Sequence record: PZ049338.1
Origin: a phage
Reading direction: 5' to 3' (one strand)
DNA length: 64,000 nt
Position 1 is the stretch's first letter; every line of letters starts with the position of its first letter. Under the pieces are notes generated by a model, which was given only the letters and a program-made list of their open reading frames with translations, did not search any database and was not told the origin of the DNA. Positions 39,241-47,417 of the stretch are shown here, one piece after another. Made by a program: the position numbers and the translations under genes.

Positions 39241-39998
39241 TATTCACCACCTTCGTTGTCTAATTCCATTGCTTTAACCACTGCCTTACAGAAGCCGCTT
39301 CGAACGATATCGTCAGAAGTACCTTCAACAACAGCAGCATAGTCGCCCAGAGCGTGACGGTTGATAAAATCAATCGCCCAATCCAGACCATTTTCACCAC
39401 CCATATCATTCTGCTCGGAATCCCCGATACAGAACAGCTTAGAGTTCTCACCCAAGCGAGTCATGATTGAGTACATTTCATCAGGTTTGGTATTCTGAGA
39501 TTCATCCACAATGACCACAGCGTTCTCGAAAGAACGACCACGAACATATTCCAGTGGTACGAATTCAATGTTACCAAGACCCATCTGGCACTCATAGAAG
39601 CCATGACCGTAACGACCTTTGATTACATCTACCATAGGCATCAGATACGGTTCAAACTTCTCTTTCAGAGTGCCGGGCAGGAGACCAAGAGATTTACCCA
39701 TACCAACCGAAGGTCGGCTCAGTACAATCTTCTGAATCTTGTTCTGCTTAAGCCAATCTGCGGCTTGACTCATGAGTACAAAAGTCTTACCGCAACCAGC
39801 AGGAGCGTCAACAAACACAACCTGAGCTTCCATCATGCTAGTATGAAGTTCACGTTGGAACTCATTCTTAGGGATGATAGGCTTGATAATGTTTGCTGTC
39901 TCAAACTCACGACGAGCGTGTTGGCTATTACGACGAACAGTTTCTTCGCGCAGTGCTTCACGACGTAATTCACGACGACTAGGCTTAAGTTTCTTCAT
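39240..39998 (-). CDS. phoH: PhoH-like ATPase
   Basis: Walker A DAPAGCGKTF and PhoH-like downstream motifs. Confidence 0.75.
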   Translation of the reverse strand: MKKLKPSRRELRREALREETVRRNSQHARREFETANIIKPIIPKNEFQRELHTSMMEAQVVFVDAPAGCGKTFVLMSQAADWLKQNKIQKIVLSRPSVGMGKSLGLLPGTLKEKFEPYLMPMVDVIKGRYGHGFYECQMGLGNIEFVPLEYVRGRSFENAVVIVDESQNTKPDEMYSIMTRLGENSKLFCIGDSEQNDMGGENGLDWAIDFINRHALGDYAAVVEGTSDDIVRSGFCKAVVKAMELDNEGGE

Positions 39999-40602
39999 TA
40001 TTCAACTCCTCAGTGTGACCAGAGCCAGCATATGCTTGAGTAGCACCCTGCTGACCGTTGTAGTTACCTTTAACAGCGTAAGAGTCGTTACCAACGTCTT
40101 CGTGTTCAAAGAATACCATCTGACCAATGCGCATACCGGGTTTGATAAGGAGTCGGTGATACTTGTTCATATTCTTGAACTCCATAGTAAGCTGTGCGCC
40201 ATGCCAACCGGCATCTGCCCAACCTGCCATCATGTGTTCAAGGAAGCAACGAGCCACTGTAGAACGTAATACAAACTGACTGGAGATAGTATTTGGTAAG
40301 TTAAATGTCTCAACAGAGTGAGCCAAGAAACACTGACCCGGTTCGATAATCAAACCAGTCTCAGGGATAATCTGTTTGATGAACTTAGGAGATTGCTTTG
40401 CAGCAATATCAATCGGTTCAGAATGAACACCCGGAACAGCTTCAGCCATACCAGAAAGGTCTTGGTATTGCCATGCAGGGGCTTCGACCAGAATCTCGTT
40501 ACCAATACGGATATCAATACTCGCTGAGTTTACGTTCTCATGCAGAGCGTCAATAACATTTTCATCAATCAGTTGGTGCAATCGTGTAGAAGAGAGTAAC
40601 AT
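39985..40602 (-). CDS. dCTP deaminase / dUTPase-superfamily enzyme
   Basis: AGWADAGWHGAQLTMEF motif typical of dCTP deaminase family. Confidence 0.55.
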   Translation of the reverse strand: MLLSSTRLHQLIDENVIDALHENVNSASIDIRIGNEILVEAPAWQYQDLSGMAEAVPGVHSEPIDIAAKQSPKFIKQIIPETGLIIEPGQCFLAHSVETFNLPNTISSQFVLRSTVARCFLEHMMAGWADAGWHGAQLTMEFKNMNKYHRLLIKPGMRIGQMVFFEHEDVGNDSYAVKGNYNGQQGATQAYAGSGHTEELNNEET

Positions 40603-40785
40603 TAACTATCCTTAGTCTTCGTCGTTGTCGTTAAAGCGGAATGGGTCGGAGCATTCAATTACCCCAGCGTCTTCGTCTAAGCGAAAGGTCATTCCTGCAA
40701 TTTCAAAATCGGAGTCCATCATGTGTTATTCCTTAACAAGAGGCCACACTTATTATAGTGACCTCTAGAGAGTATCCTTACACCG

Positions 40786-41283
40786 TTATTTGTAAAAGAT
40801 TCTGCTATGTGGAGGATTCAACCAATCAAATCCAGCCAGATTGCAAAGATGCTCATACAAAGCAACGGTAACATTTACGTCCTGCTCACAGTAAGTGAAC
40901 ATGTCTTCAGTGAACACATCCCAAGCATTCTCTGTCTTGCCATAATCGCCTTTATAGATACCAAGCTCACGACCCCATGAATCCAGTGAATGACCACCGG
41001 GGCGGTCAGGCTGGAGCATACGGCTGAGAACTAAGGTATCAAAGGTGTTCATGTGGAATTCAAGACCACTGAGTTTAGCCAGAGTCGGGAGGTCATAATC
41101 AATGATGTTATGGCCAACCGTTAAATCGAAGGACATTAAATCCTTCATATACTTGTCTAAATCTTGTGGTCTATAACCCTGTCGCTCTTTCGGTTGACTA
41201 GGGTCAATAATCCAGGCACAGTGAAATTTGGAGACATCAATATAGAGATTGTTAGTCTCTATATCTGTACAAGCAATCTTCAT
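40786..41283 (-). CDS. DNA polymerase 3'-5' exonuclease domain (T7 gp5 N-terminal homolog), separately encoded
   Basis: Exo I DIETNNL, Exo II VGHNIIDYDLPTL, Exo III YCEQD; N-terminus closely parallels T7 DNA polymerase. Confidence 0.8.
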   Translation of the reverse strand: MKIACTDIETNNLYIDVSKFHCAWIIDPSQPKERQGYRPQDLDKYMKDLMSFDLTVGHNIIDYDLPTLAKLSGLEFHMNTFDTLVLSRMLQPDRPGGHSLDSWGRELGIYKGDYGKTENAWDVFTEDMFTYCEQDVNVTVALYEHLCNLAGFDWLNPPHSRIFYK

Positions 41284-41292
41284 TAATACACC

Positions 41293-43089
41293 TTAGAATG
41301 GTCGACTATCATCACGACTGACTTCATCAGAGTCAGGCTCCTCTCCCGGGATAGAGAAAGGATTCTTAGGGTCATACTCATCAGCAGTACGCTGTCTCAA
41401 TCGACCTGTAACTGGGTTATAGGAAGTTGGGACAATACCTGTCTGACCGAAGTTACGGTCTTTCAGGAGACGAATCTGAGACAAGTTACGAGCATCACCA
41501 TCTGCCTGCTTGTTACGCTCAAAGCCCAGAATTAACTGGGAGAATCGCATAAGAGCACGCGAACCTGTGAACTGCACTTCCTGAACCTGACCACCTTCCT
41601 CGTGCGGAGCACCAGTTTTAGGTGGGTTCAAGTGACTGAATACGAAACATGTGAACTCCAGTTCGTTACACAGTCCAGCCAGTTCTACAGCAATACGAGC
41701 AACTTCGGTGTTAATCTCAGTCGCTGATAAGTGTGATACCAGTGCGGTGATGTTATCTAAGAAGATGAACTTCACACCATGCTCCACAACCCAGAAACGC
41801 ATACAGCGTTTGATATCTTCCCAATCATTCTGACCAAAGTTCCGGTAAAGGAACAGATGGCCATCATACTTCAGAGCTTCACTCTTAAGCAGTTCAGGGT
41901 CGAACTCAACATCTGGGCGATGGAAAGGTATATTAGCAGATTTACCTGCGATGTTTTTGATTGTGTTACCTACAGTCTCTTCCAACATGAAAGCGCCCAC
42001 TTTCTCTTTGTGGACGTTAATGAGGTGAGCACTAAGTTCGTGAGCAAGCAGTGTTTTACCACCACCCACACCACCACCAATTGCAATCACTTCACCATAT
42101 CGGAGACCGAAGGTTAACTCTGTAAGACCTTCCCAAGGGAATGATAAACCCCACTCAGGCTTCTTCAGCGCATCTTCCAGACACTCAGCTACAGTCGTTG
42201 AGCCAGCCGGAGATTCTTTTGCAGCATTGAAGCGTAAGCAGTTATTAAGTTCGAGGTCACGACCGTCCATGAGGAGGTCATTAGCGTCCTTAATTGGAGC
42301 ACCATCTTTACGGAACCCTTTAGGGATTCGGGCAATCTTAATGTTCGGATACATCGCTCGAATCTTGTTCACAGCATCATCACCAGCTTCATCGTTATCC
42401 ATGCAGACAACAACTTCAGCGAATGATTCTACGAATGCACGGTCACGAGAGAACGCAGCCGCTGCTGATTTCGAGCCATCCGGTAAAGAAACACATGCTG
42501 GTTTGTATGTACTCTTAGAGTTCTCTGTCAATACCTGAAAACCAGACATTGCACTGAGTTCGTCTTCAAATACAAACAACTTACCTGTGTACACATCACC
42601 AAGACGTGCTTGGGACATACCGAAGAAACTACAACCTGATGCTGCACCTACAGCATAAAAACCTTTAGGTTCTAAGGTGCGAACTTTGTAAGCACGGATT
42701 GCTCCGTCCTTTTCCTTCGGGTAAAACTGAGAGATAGGTTCCCGGTTAGTGGATGAAAGACCAATACGAACACCAAAACGTTCGGCAACTTCTTTCTTCA
42801 CACCACGAATGGTGCAGTTCTGAATAGGAAGCTCTTGGACTTCCGCTAAACGTTCTTGTACTTCTTCCTCGGTCAGTTCACGGAATTCATGACGAACTCC
42901 TTCCCACTTCTCGCGGTTACCTTCTTCAACCTGTTCGTAAAAACCATCACGACTACAGTAAACCCACTGCTCGCCGGTCTCAACATTTTCCCAATGCTGA
43001 AGATGGTTGCCAGTTCGGTCATGGCCTGCTGCCGTACAGGTTGGACATGCAGAATCACCAAGGATTCTTTTGTTTCCATAAACTTTCAT
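41293..43089 (-). CDS. Primase-helicase (T7 gp4-like)
   Basis: N-terminal zinc finger CPTC...C, TOPRIM region, DnaB-type Walker A GGGVGGGKT; acidic C-terminus ending RPF. Confidence 0.85.
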   Translation of the reverse strand: MKVYGNKRILGDSACPTCTAAGHDRTGNHLQHWENVETGEQWVYCSRDGFYEQVEEGNREKWEGVRHEFRELTEEEVQERLAEVQELPIQNCTIRGVKKEVAERFGVRIGLSSTNREPISQFYPKEKDGAIRAYKVRTLEPKGFYAVGAASGCSFFGMSQARLGDVYTGKLFVFEDELSAMSGFQVLTENSKSTYKPACVSLPDGSKSAAAAFSRDRAFVESFAEVVVCMDNDEAGDDAVNKIRAMYPNIKIARIPKGFRKDGAPIKDANDLLMDGRDLELNNCLRFNAAKESPAGSTTVAECLEDALKKPEWGLSFPWEGLTELTFGLRYGEVIAIGGGVGGGKTLLAHELSAHLINVHKEKVGAFMLEETVGNTIKNIAGKSANIPFHRPDVEFDPELLKSEALKYDGHLFLYRNFGQNDWEDIKRCMRFWVVEHGVKFIFLDNITALVSHLSATEINTEVARIAVELAGLCNELEFTCFVFSHLNPPKTGAPHEEGGQVQEVQFTGSRALMRFSQLILGFERNKQADGDARNLSQIRLLKDRNFGQTGIVPTSYNPVTGRLRQRTADEYDPKNPFSIPGEEPDSDEVSRDDSRPF

Positions 43090-43156
43090 GACTTAATCCT
43101 TTTCCATGTCATTAAGCTTGCTGCGGGTATTACTTAGTGCCTTAGGTTAGATAACA

Positions 43157-43831
43157 TTACAGAGTGTCATAGTAGTCTGCGCGATTATGCAGACACCAGT
43201 CACCCGACTCAACACGGTTACTGTCGCCTTGGTCTTCATCAATGTGATAAATCCAAGCCTTTGCGAAGGAACCATCATCCAGTTGGATTTCAACCTGCGT
43301 ACGGTTATAGAAACCATTCTCAGGGTCACAGGCACTGTACCCTTCCAGCATGTCGTATGCACCAGTCAGACCTTCCAGAGGTGCTTCAAATACATCAACA
43401 ACAACCTGCTTGCCAGACTTGTTAGCCTTAAGGTTCACGGAAGGGAAGTAGGAGCCACCGTAGCGATATAAATCGAACTGGTCTACAGTCACACCCTTAC
43501 TTACAAATTCACCGCCGCCACGAGCGTTTACGTGGAAATTCTGCATGTTGCGACGCAGAGAGCCATAAGTTGCGATGAATACTTTACCGTCTGAAGGAAT
43601 TACTAAGTTCTTTGACATTACTTGTCCTGTTTTAGGTTGTAGATAATATTTAACTTCGACAAATCGCCATGTGTTCTGGAGGTTCTCTGCCATTTCTTTT
43701 GCTTCTGGGTAAGTTAAGCCACAGCCAAGCTGATAACCTTCCTCACCCTTACTCATGCGACCAATCAGTAAATAACGAACTTCATGGTCACCTGTTAGTG
43801 GTTCTTTAATTGAGAGCTTCATCTTATACAC
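43157..43831 (-). CDS. GGCT/AIG2-like (gamma-glutamyl cyclotransferase fold) protein
   Basis: YGSLRR motif characteristic of AIG2/GGCT family. Confidence 0.45.
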   Translation of the reverse strand: MYKMKLSIKEPLTGDHEVRYLLIGRMSKGEEGYQLGCGLTYPEAKEMAENLQNTWRFVEVKYYLQPKTGQVMSKNLVIPSDGKVFIATYGSLRRNMQNFHVNARGGGEFVSKGVTVDQFDLYRYGGSYFPSVNLKANKSGKQVVVDVFEAPLEGLTGAYDMLEGYSACDPENGFYNRTQVEIQLDDGSFAKAWIYHIDEDQGDSNRVESGDWCLHNRADYYDTL

Positions 43832-43887
43832 TTCTCACCCCTTGTTATGTTCGACAAAGGCCACTCCGAAGAATGACCTTTAGCAAA

Positions 43888-44424
43888 TTACCAGAGCTTA
43901 TTAAGAGCCAGATTATTAGTAATCACTGGTGTGCTTTCGTAATCATCCAGAGATGTTGGGCCCATACTAATAGCACCATATCCAGTTACGTGAACACTTA
44001 CACGGGTCATCTGGTCGAAGAATTCCTTCATCTGAGACGGTTCTGTGATGTTCTTTCCAGCAACACCAAGAACCTGTACACGCTGACCAGAGGAGCGCAG
44101 ACCCTTCTTAGTGACCACTGCCGTAACTGTCTGACCAACAACAGTGGGCTTAGTTAATACCTCAAAGAACACACCGGATATGTCAGTTACACCCTGTTCC
44201 ATATGCATTGTTGCATAGTTAACTTTGTAGGTGTTTGGAACTTCATATACACGGGTAGATTTGAAAGTAGTACCAATGTAGTTATCTGCATTGAAGTCAC
44301 GGGAACGGCTACGACGTTCAGCCTCAATGAGAAGTGATTGGTAATAACCTTCCAGTATTTCACCAACACCTTTACGAGTTGTACTTAACCCGATTACTCG
44401 GGAATATCCAATAATTAAGAACAT
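43888..44424 (-). CDS. Hypothetical protein (178 aa)
   Basis: ATG 8 nt downstream of conserved 22-bp promoter-like motif. Confidence 0.45.
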   Translation of the reverse strand: MFLIIGYSRVIGLSTTRKGVGEILEGYYQSLLIEAERRSRSRDFNADNYIGTTFKSTRVYEVPNTYKVNYATMHMEQGVTDISGVFFEVLTKPTVVGQTVTAVVTKKGLRSSGQRVQVLGVAGKNITEPSQMKEFFDQMTRVSVHVTGYGAISMGPTSLDDYESTPVITNNLALNKLW

Positions 44425-44432
44425 TAAGAATC

Positions 44433-44454
44433 TCTCTTTATATATGTGGATTAA
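44433..44454 (-). promoter_or_regulatory. Copy B of conserved 22-bp promoter-like motif
   Basis: Reverse complement GTTAATCCACATATATAAAGAG followed by AGATTCTTAATG (start codon). Confidence 0.35.
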
Positions 44455-44457
44455 CTA

Positions 44458-44997
44458 TTACAATTTCTGAGTCACTGTTTCGTAGGTGGTTACTACCTTT
44501 TTCTTCTTCTCAGTGATACCGGAAAGAAGTGCCCAATAGAAACGACCGCCATGACGTTCAGCCATCTCAGCAGCAATCTGCTCTGCCTTCTCAGCAGTTT
44601 CCACCACTACGCGAGGTGGACGAGATGATTCAGGACACCACAAGATATACTTACCGAGGTTCTTATCTTTAGGAGAAGCCTTGGCTTCCGCTTTAGCTGT
44701 CTCTTGGGTAGCAGTAGAACTTTCACCCAAATCGTTGAGACGCCATGTATACAAGGCAGTACCTGATAGTAGGGTCAGTCGGCTACGAATGATGAAGCTG
44801 GTTGGTCGCTGATTCAACTGTATAGAATACAATTGACGACCATGCTTGTCAATTAAGCACACTTCCCAACGACCCGGATATAACAAGTAGATTCCAATAG
44901 TGTACATGAACCTATTACCAATACGAGCCTCTGCACGGTCATGGTCATGGAAGTTGAAGTTAACAGAAGAGGGGATGTGGATTAACTTCTTAGACAT
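44458..44997 (-). CDS. Hypothetical protein (179 aa)
   Basis: ORF. Confidence 0.4.
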   Translation of the reverse strand: MSKKLIHIPSSVNFNFHDHDRAEARIGNRFMYTIGIYLLYPGRWEVCLIDKHGRQLYSIQLNQRPTSFIIRSRLTLLSGTALYTWRLNDLGESSTATQETAKAEAKASPKDKNLGKYILWCPESSRPPRVVVETAEKAEQIAAEMAERHGGRFYWALLSGITEKKKKVVTTYETVTQKL

Positions 44998-45203
44998 TAT
45001 TTACCAACCTTAGTTACGCTTTCAACAAGAGCATAAGGGAATGCGGCTTGCAATTCCATGTGACCTGCCTTACCACCAATAGTCTTGTTCTCAATGAAGA
45101 TGTAGAACTTGTAGTGGTGAGGGTCAATCTGAACCATTGTTGCAGGAATGATTTTATCCGCAGAGTCAAGAAGTTTTACACGATATTTAATAATCTCAGC
45201 CAT
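44997..45203 (-). CDS. Hypothetical protein (68 aa)
   Basis: ORF. Confidence 0.3.
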   Translation of the reverse strand: MAEIIKYRVKLLDSADKIIPATMVQIDPHHYKFYIFIENKTIGGKAGHMELQAAFPYALVESVTKVGK

Positions 45204-45207
45204 TTCT

Positions 45208-45477
45208 TTAATCCCAGTTAGGTTGGAGGTCTTTCATTGCGAAGTCACGTACTTCACCACGTTCACGGCAAACAGCTTTTACGAACCACTGTTCACCTTC
45301 ATGGTACTCAGAGATACCATACCAAATATTGATTGGTACAATAGTGCGCTCTGCTGTTTCACCGCGCCAGTTAGTGTAGGTCACACGGTGTGGTACTTGT
45401 AGAACTAATAACTTTGGTCGTGCTGTTTCAGAAGGGACTTTCGTCGTCATAATCTTCACCGTAGACAATAGAATCAA
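45208..45477 (-). CDS. Hypothetical protein (89 aa)
   Basis: ORF. Confidence 0.3.
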   Translation of the reverse strand: MILLSTVKIMTTKVPSETARPKLLVLQVPHRVTYTNWRGETAERTIVPINIWYGISEYHEGEQWFVKAVCRERGEVRDFAMKDLQPNWD

Positions 45478-45703
45478 TGAACGCTTGATGTTTTGCCAAC
45501 TTCTTTTTCATGAGTTTGTTGTGGACTTGAAGAATATTAGAGACCTCTTTGGTGACAGTCACATGAGGTACAGCAACACCTTCAGCGAATTTTAGTCGCT
45601 TAAAGGGAGCGACAAGGTAAATGAACTTAGCAACTTCAGTGTTGTTTCGTAAATTTACCTCTTCCCCATTAGTTAACTTATAATACACCCAGAGATTCCA
45701 CAA
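45428..45703 (-). CDS. Small protein ending in SSB-like acidic tail DYDDESPF
   Basis: C-terminal motif resembling the SSB C-terminal tip. Confidence 0.35.
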   Translation of the reverse strand: MWNLWVYYKLTNGEEVNLRNNTEVAKFIYLVAPFKRLKFAEGVAVPHVTVTKEVSNILQVHNKLMKKKLAKHQAFIDSIVYGEDYDDESPF

Positions 45704-46865
45704 TAATTACATCGTTAGTTGTAACCATGATTTCCCAGCCAGCCAGTTCGAACATACCACCGGTGAATACACCTACGTTACGAACATCATCGTTACGCAT
45801 CTGAACGATGTAGATGCCGTTTTCAACCAAGCGAATTGGTTCCTGACGCGTCACAGTAGCTGTTACCTCTGCTTCGATAGCGAAGTTTTCATCTTCAGCA
45901 GCTTCTACTGCATTGTCTGTGGCAGTCTGGTTCTGAGTTACAATGTCAACCAGTTCCTGAGCGGCAGCGTTACCACGAACGATTGCTGCTTGCAATTCAC
46001 TGTTGGTGTTCACTTCATTTTGCAATTCAGCCAGAGCTTCATTAATATCTTCGACAGCATAAACTTCCTGACCATTGAAGATTGCCATTACGTTGGCTGC
46101 AAAACGTTCTGCGTTAGAACCGGTCATACCCGGAGCAGTGTTAACTTCCAGTACCCACGCTTCATCACGACGAGTAATGAGGTCAACTGCACCGTAGTCC
46201 AGACCCAGAGCAGCGATTGCTTTCAGGGCTTCACGCTTAGCTTCTTCATTAGGCTCAGCCTGCTGAGTTGCATAAATCCAACCAGTGTGGTGATTTCGGA
46301 TAATATCACTGTATTCTGGCAGGTCAGCGTAACCGTTCACACGCTTCTTCTGCTGAATGTTAGTGATAACACCATTCATCACATGGATGCGGTATTCACG
46401 ACGCTGAGCATTAACACCCTTGGTGTAAAGCTGTGCATTAGCCAGAGTACCTTGAACACCATCACCGAAAAGCTCTTCGTTGTTGGTTGCAATCACAATG
46501 CCTTCACCAGAGTGTCCAGAAAGGCGTGTACGGCAATAAACCAGATGACCTGCATCAAGCCATGACTGAGCTTCTTCACGGTCTGTAGTGTACTCTACAG
46601 TCTTCACATCATTGCGACGGAATACTTCGAAAGAGATACGTTTGTTGGTCGCATTACCAACGTTGTACGGGTTGTTCAGGATGCGGGCATTGCCGATGAT
46701 TTCGGCAGATAGGGAGGATGAACCGTAGTTGACAATTAAGTCACCACTGCGACCACGGAAGCGAGAGCCATCAGTCAGGAGACGAAGTGCTCCCGGCATT
46801 AAAGGCATGAGTTCGTTCAGGGTGTCAGAAGGGCCATTTGAATATACACGTAAGCGAGGTGCCAT
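45678..46865 (-). CDS. ATP-grasp ligase (RimK/glutathione-synthetase-like)
   Basis: Flexible loop RTRLSGHSGEGIVIA, EYRIHVMNG, DYGAVDLITRRDEAWVLEVNTAPGM matching ATP-grasp motifs. Confidence 0.75.
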   Translation of the reverse strand: MAPRLRVYSNGPSDTLNELMPLMPGALRLLTDGSRFRGRSGDLIVNYGSSSLSAEIIGNARILNNPYNVGNATNKRISFEVFRRNDVKTVEYTTDREEAQSWLDAGHLVYCRTRLSGHSGEGIVIATNNEELFGDGVQGTLANAQLYTKGVNAQRREYRIHVMNGVITNIQQKKRVNGYADLPEYSDIIRNHHTGWIYATQQAEPNEEAKREALKAIAALGLDYGAVDLITRRDEAWVLEVNTAPGMTGSNAERFAANVMAIFNGQEVYAVEDINEALAELQNEVNTNSELQAAIVRGNAAAQELVDIVTQNQTATDNAVEAAEDENFAIEAEVTATVTRQEPIRLVENGIYIVQMRNDDVRNVGVFTGGMFELAGWEIMVTTNDVIIVESLGVL

Positions 46866-46907
46866 TGTTGTTACCTTTTCAGTGGGTTGTTGGAAATCAA
46901 TATTATA

Positions 46908-46927
46908 AGAGGCTCCGAAGAACCTCT
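46908..46927 (-). terminator. Intergenic UUCG-tetraloop hairpin (weak terminator or processing site)
   Basis: On - strand AGAGGTTC-TTCG-GAGCCTCT; downstream tract only moderately U-rich. Confidence 0.3.
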
Positions 46928-46938
46928 GAAATATGGAC

Positions 46939-47178
46939 TTAAGCGGCCATCAATGCGATGAGTTTGCGGTTTTCATTCCTGAGAGCACCAATCTCATCAT
47001 CAATAAGACTGTAGTGGTACGATAACATTTGGAGGGACATTTCACCTACATCTGAGGCAGTCATCTGCTCGACGTAAGTTGCCTTCTCCTCAATCAGCCG
47101 TCCAATGTCTTTGTTGTTTTGTGCTATTAAATCCATCGCCTCTTTACGAGCAGCTCTTGCGACTTCATTATCAGCCAT
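46939..47178 (-). CDS. Hypothetical protein (79 aa)
   Basis: ORF. Confidence 0.3.
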   Translation of the reverse strand: MADNEVARAARKEAMDLIAQNNKDIGRLIEEKATYVEQMTASDVGEMSLQMLSYHYSLIDDEIGALRNENRKLIALMAA

Positions 47179-47402
47179 TAGACTTCAATCCCCTTCAGAC
47201 GGCAGTAGTCAGCCAGCATCATGTGGATTGATACCGGATAAGGGATAGCCACTTTAACACCTTTTTGCTCTTCGTAAAGACCAATCTGGTAGGCACGAAC
47301 TGCACGGAGCATATCAGAACCTAAATCAGTCATTGGAACTTTACGAATCACAACCGGGTTCTCCAGACGAAGAACCTTAACTTCTTTCATTGAATCATCC
47401 AT
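47178..47402 (-). CDS. Hypothetical protein (74 aa)
   Basis: ORF. Confidence 0.3.
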   Translation of the reverse strand: MDDSMKEVKVLRLENPVVIRKVPMTDLGSDMLRAVRAYQIGLYEEQKGVKVAIPYPVSIHMMLADYCRLKGIEV

Positions 47403-47417
47403 ATTCTCATTTACCTA

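Noticed and set aside
45990-46565. 191-aa + strand ORF
   Set aside because: Lies entirely antisense to the ATP-grasp gene inside a uniformly leftward operon.
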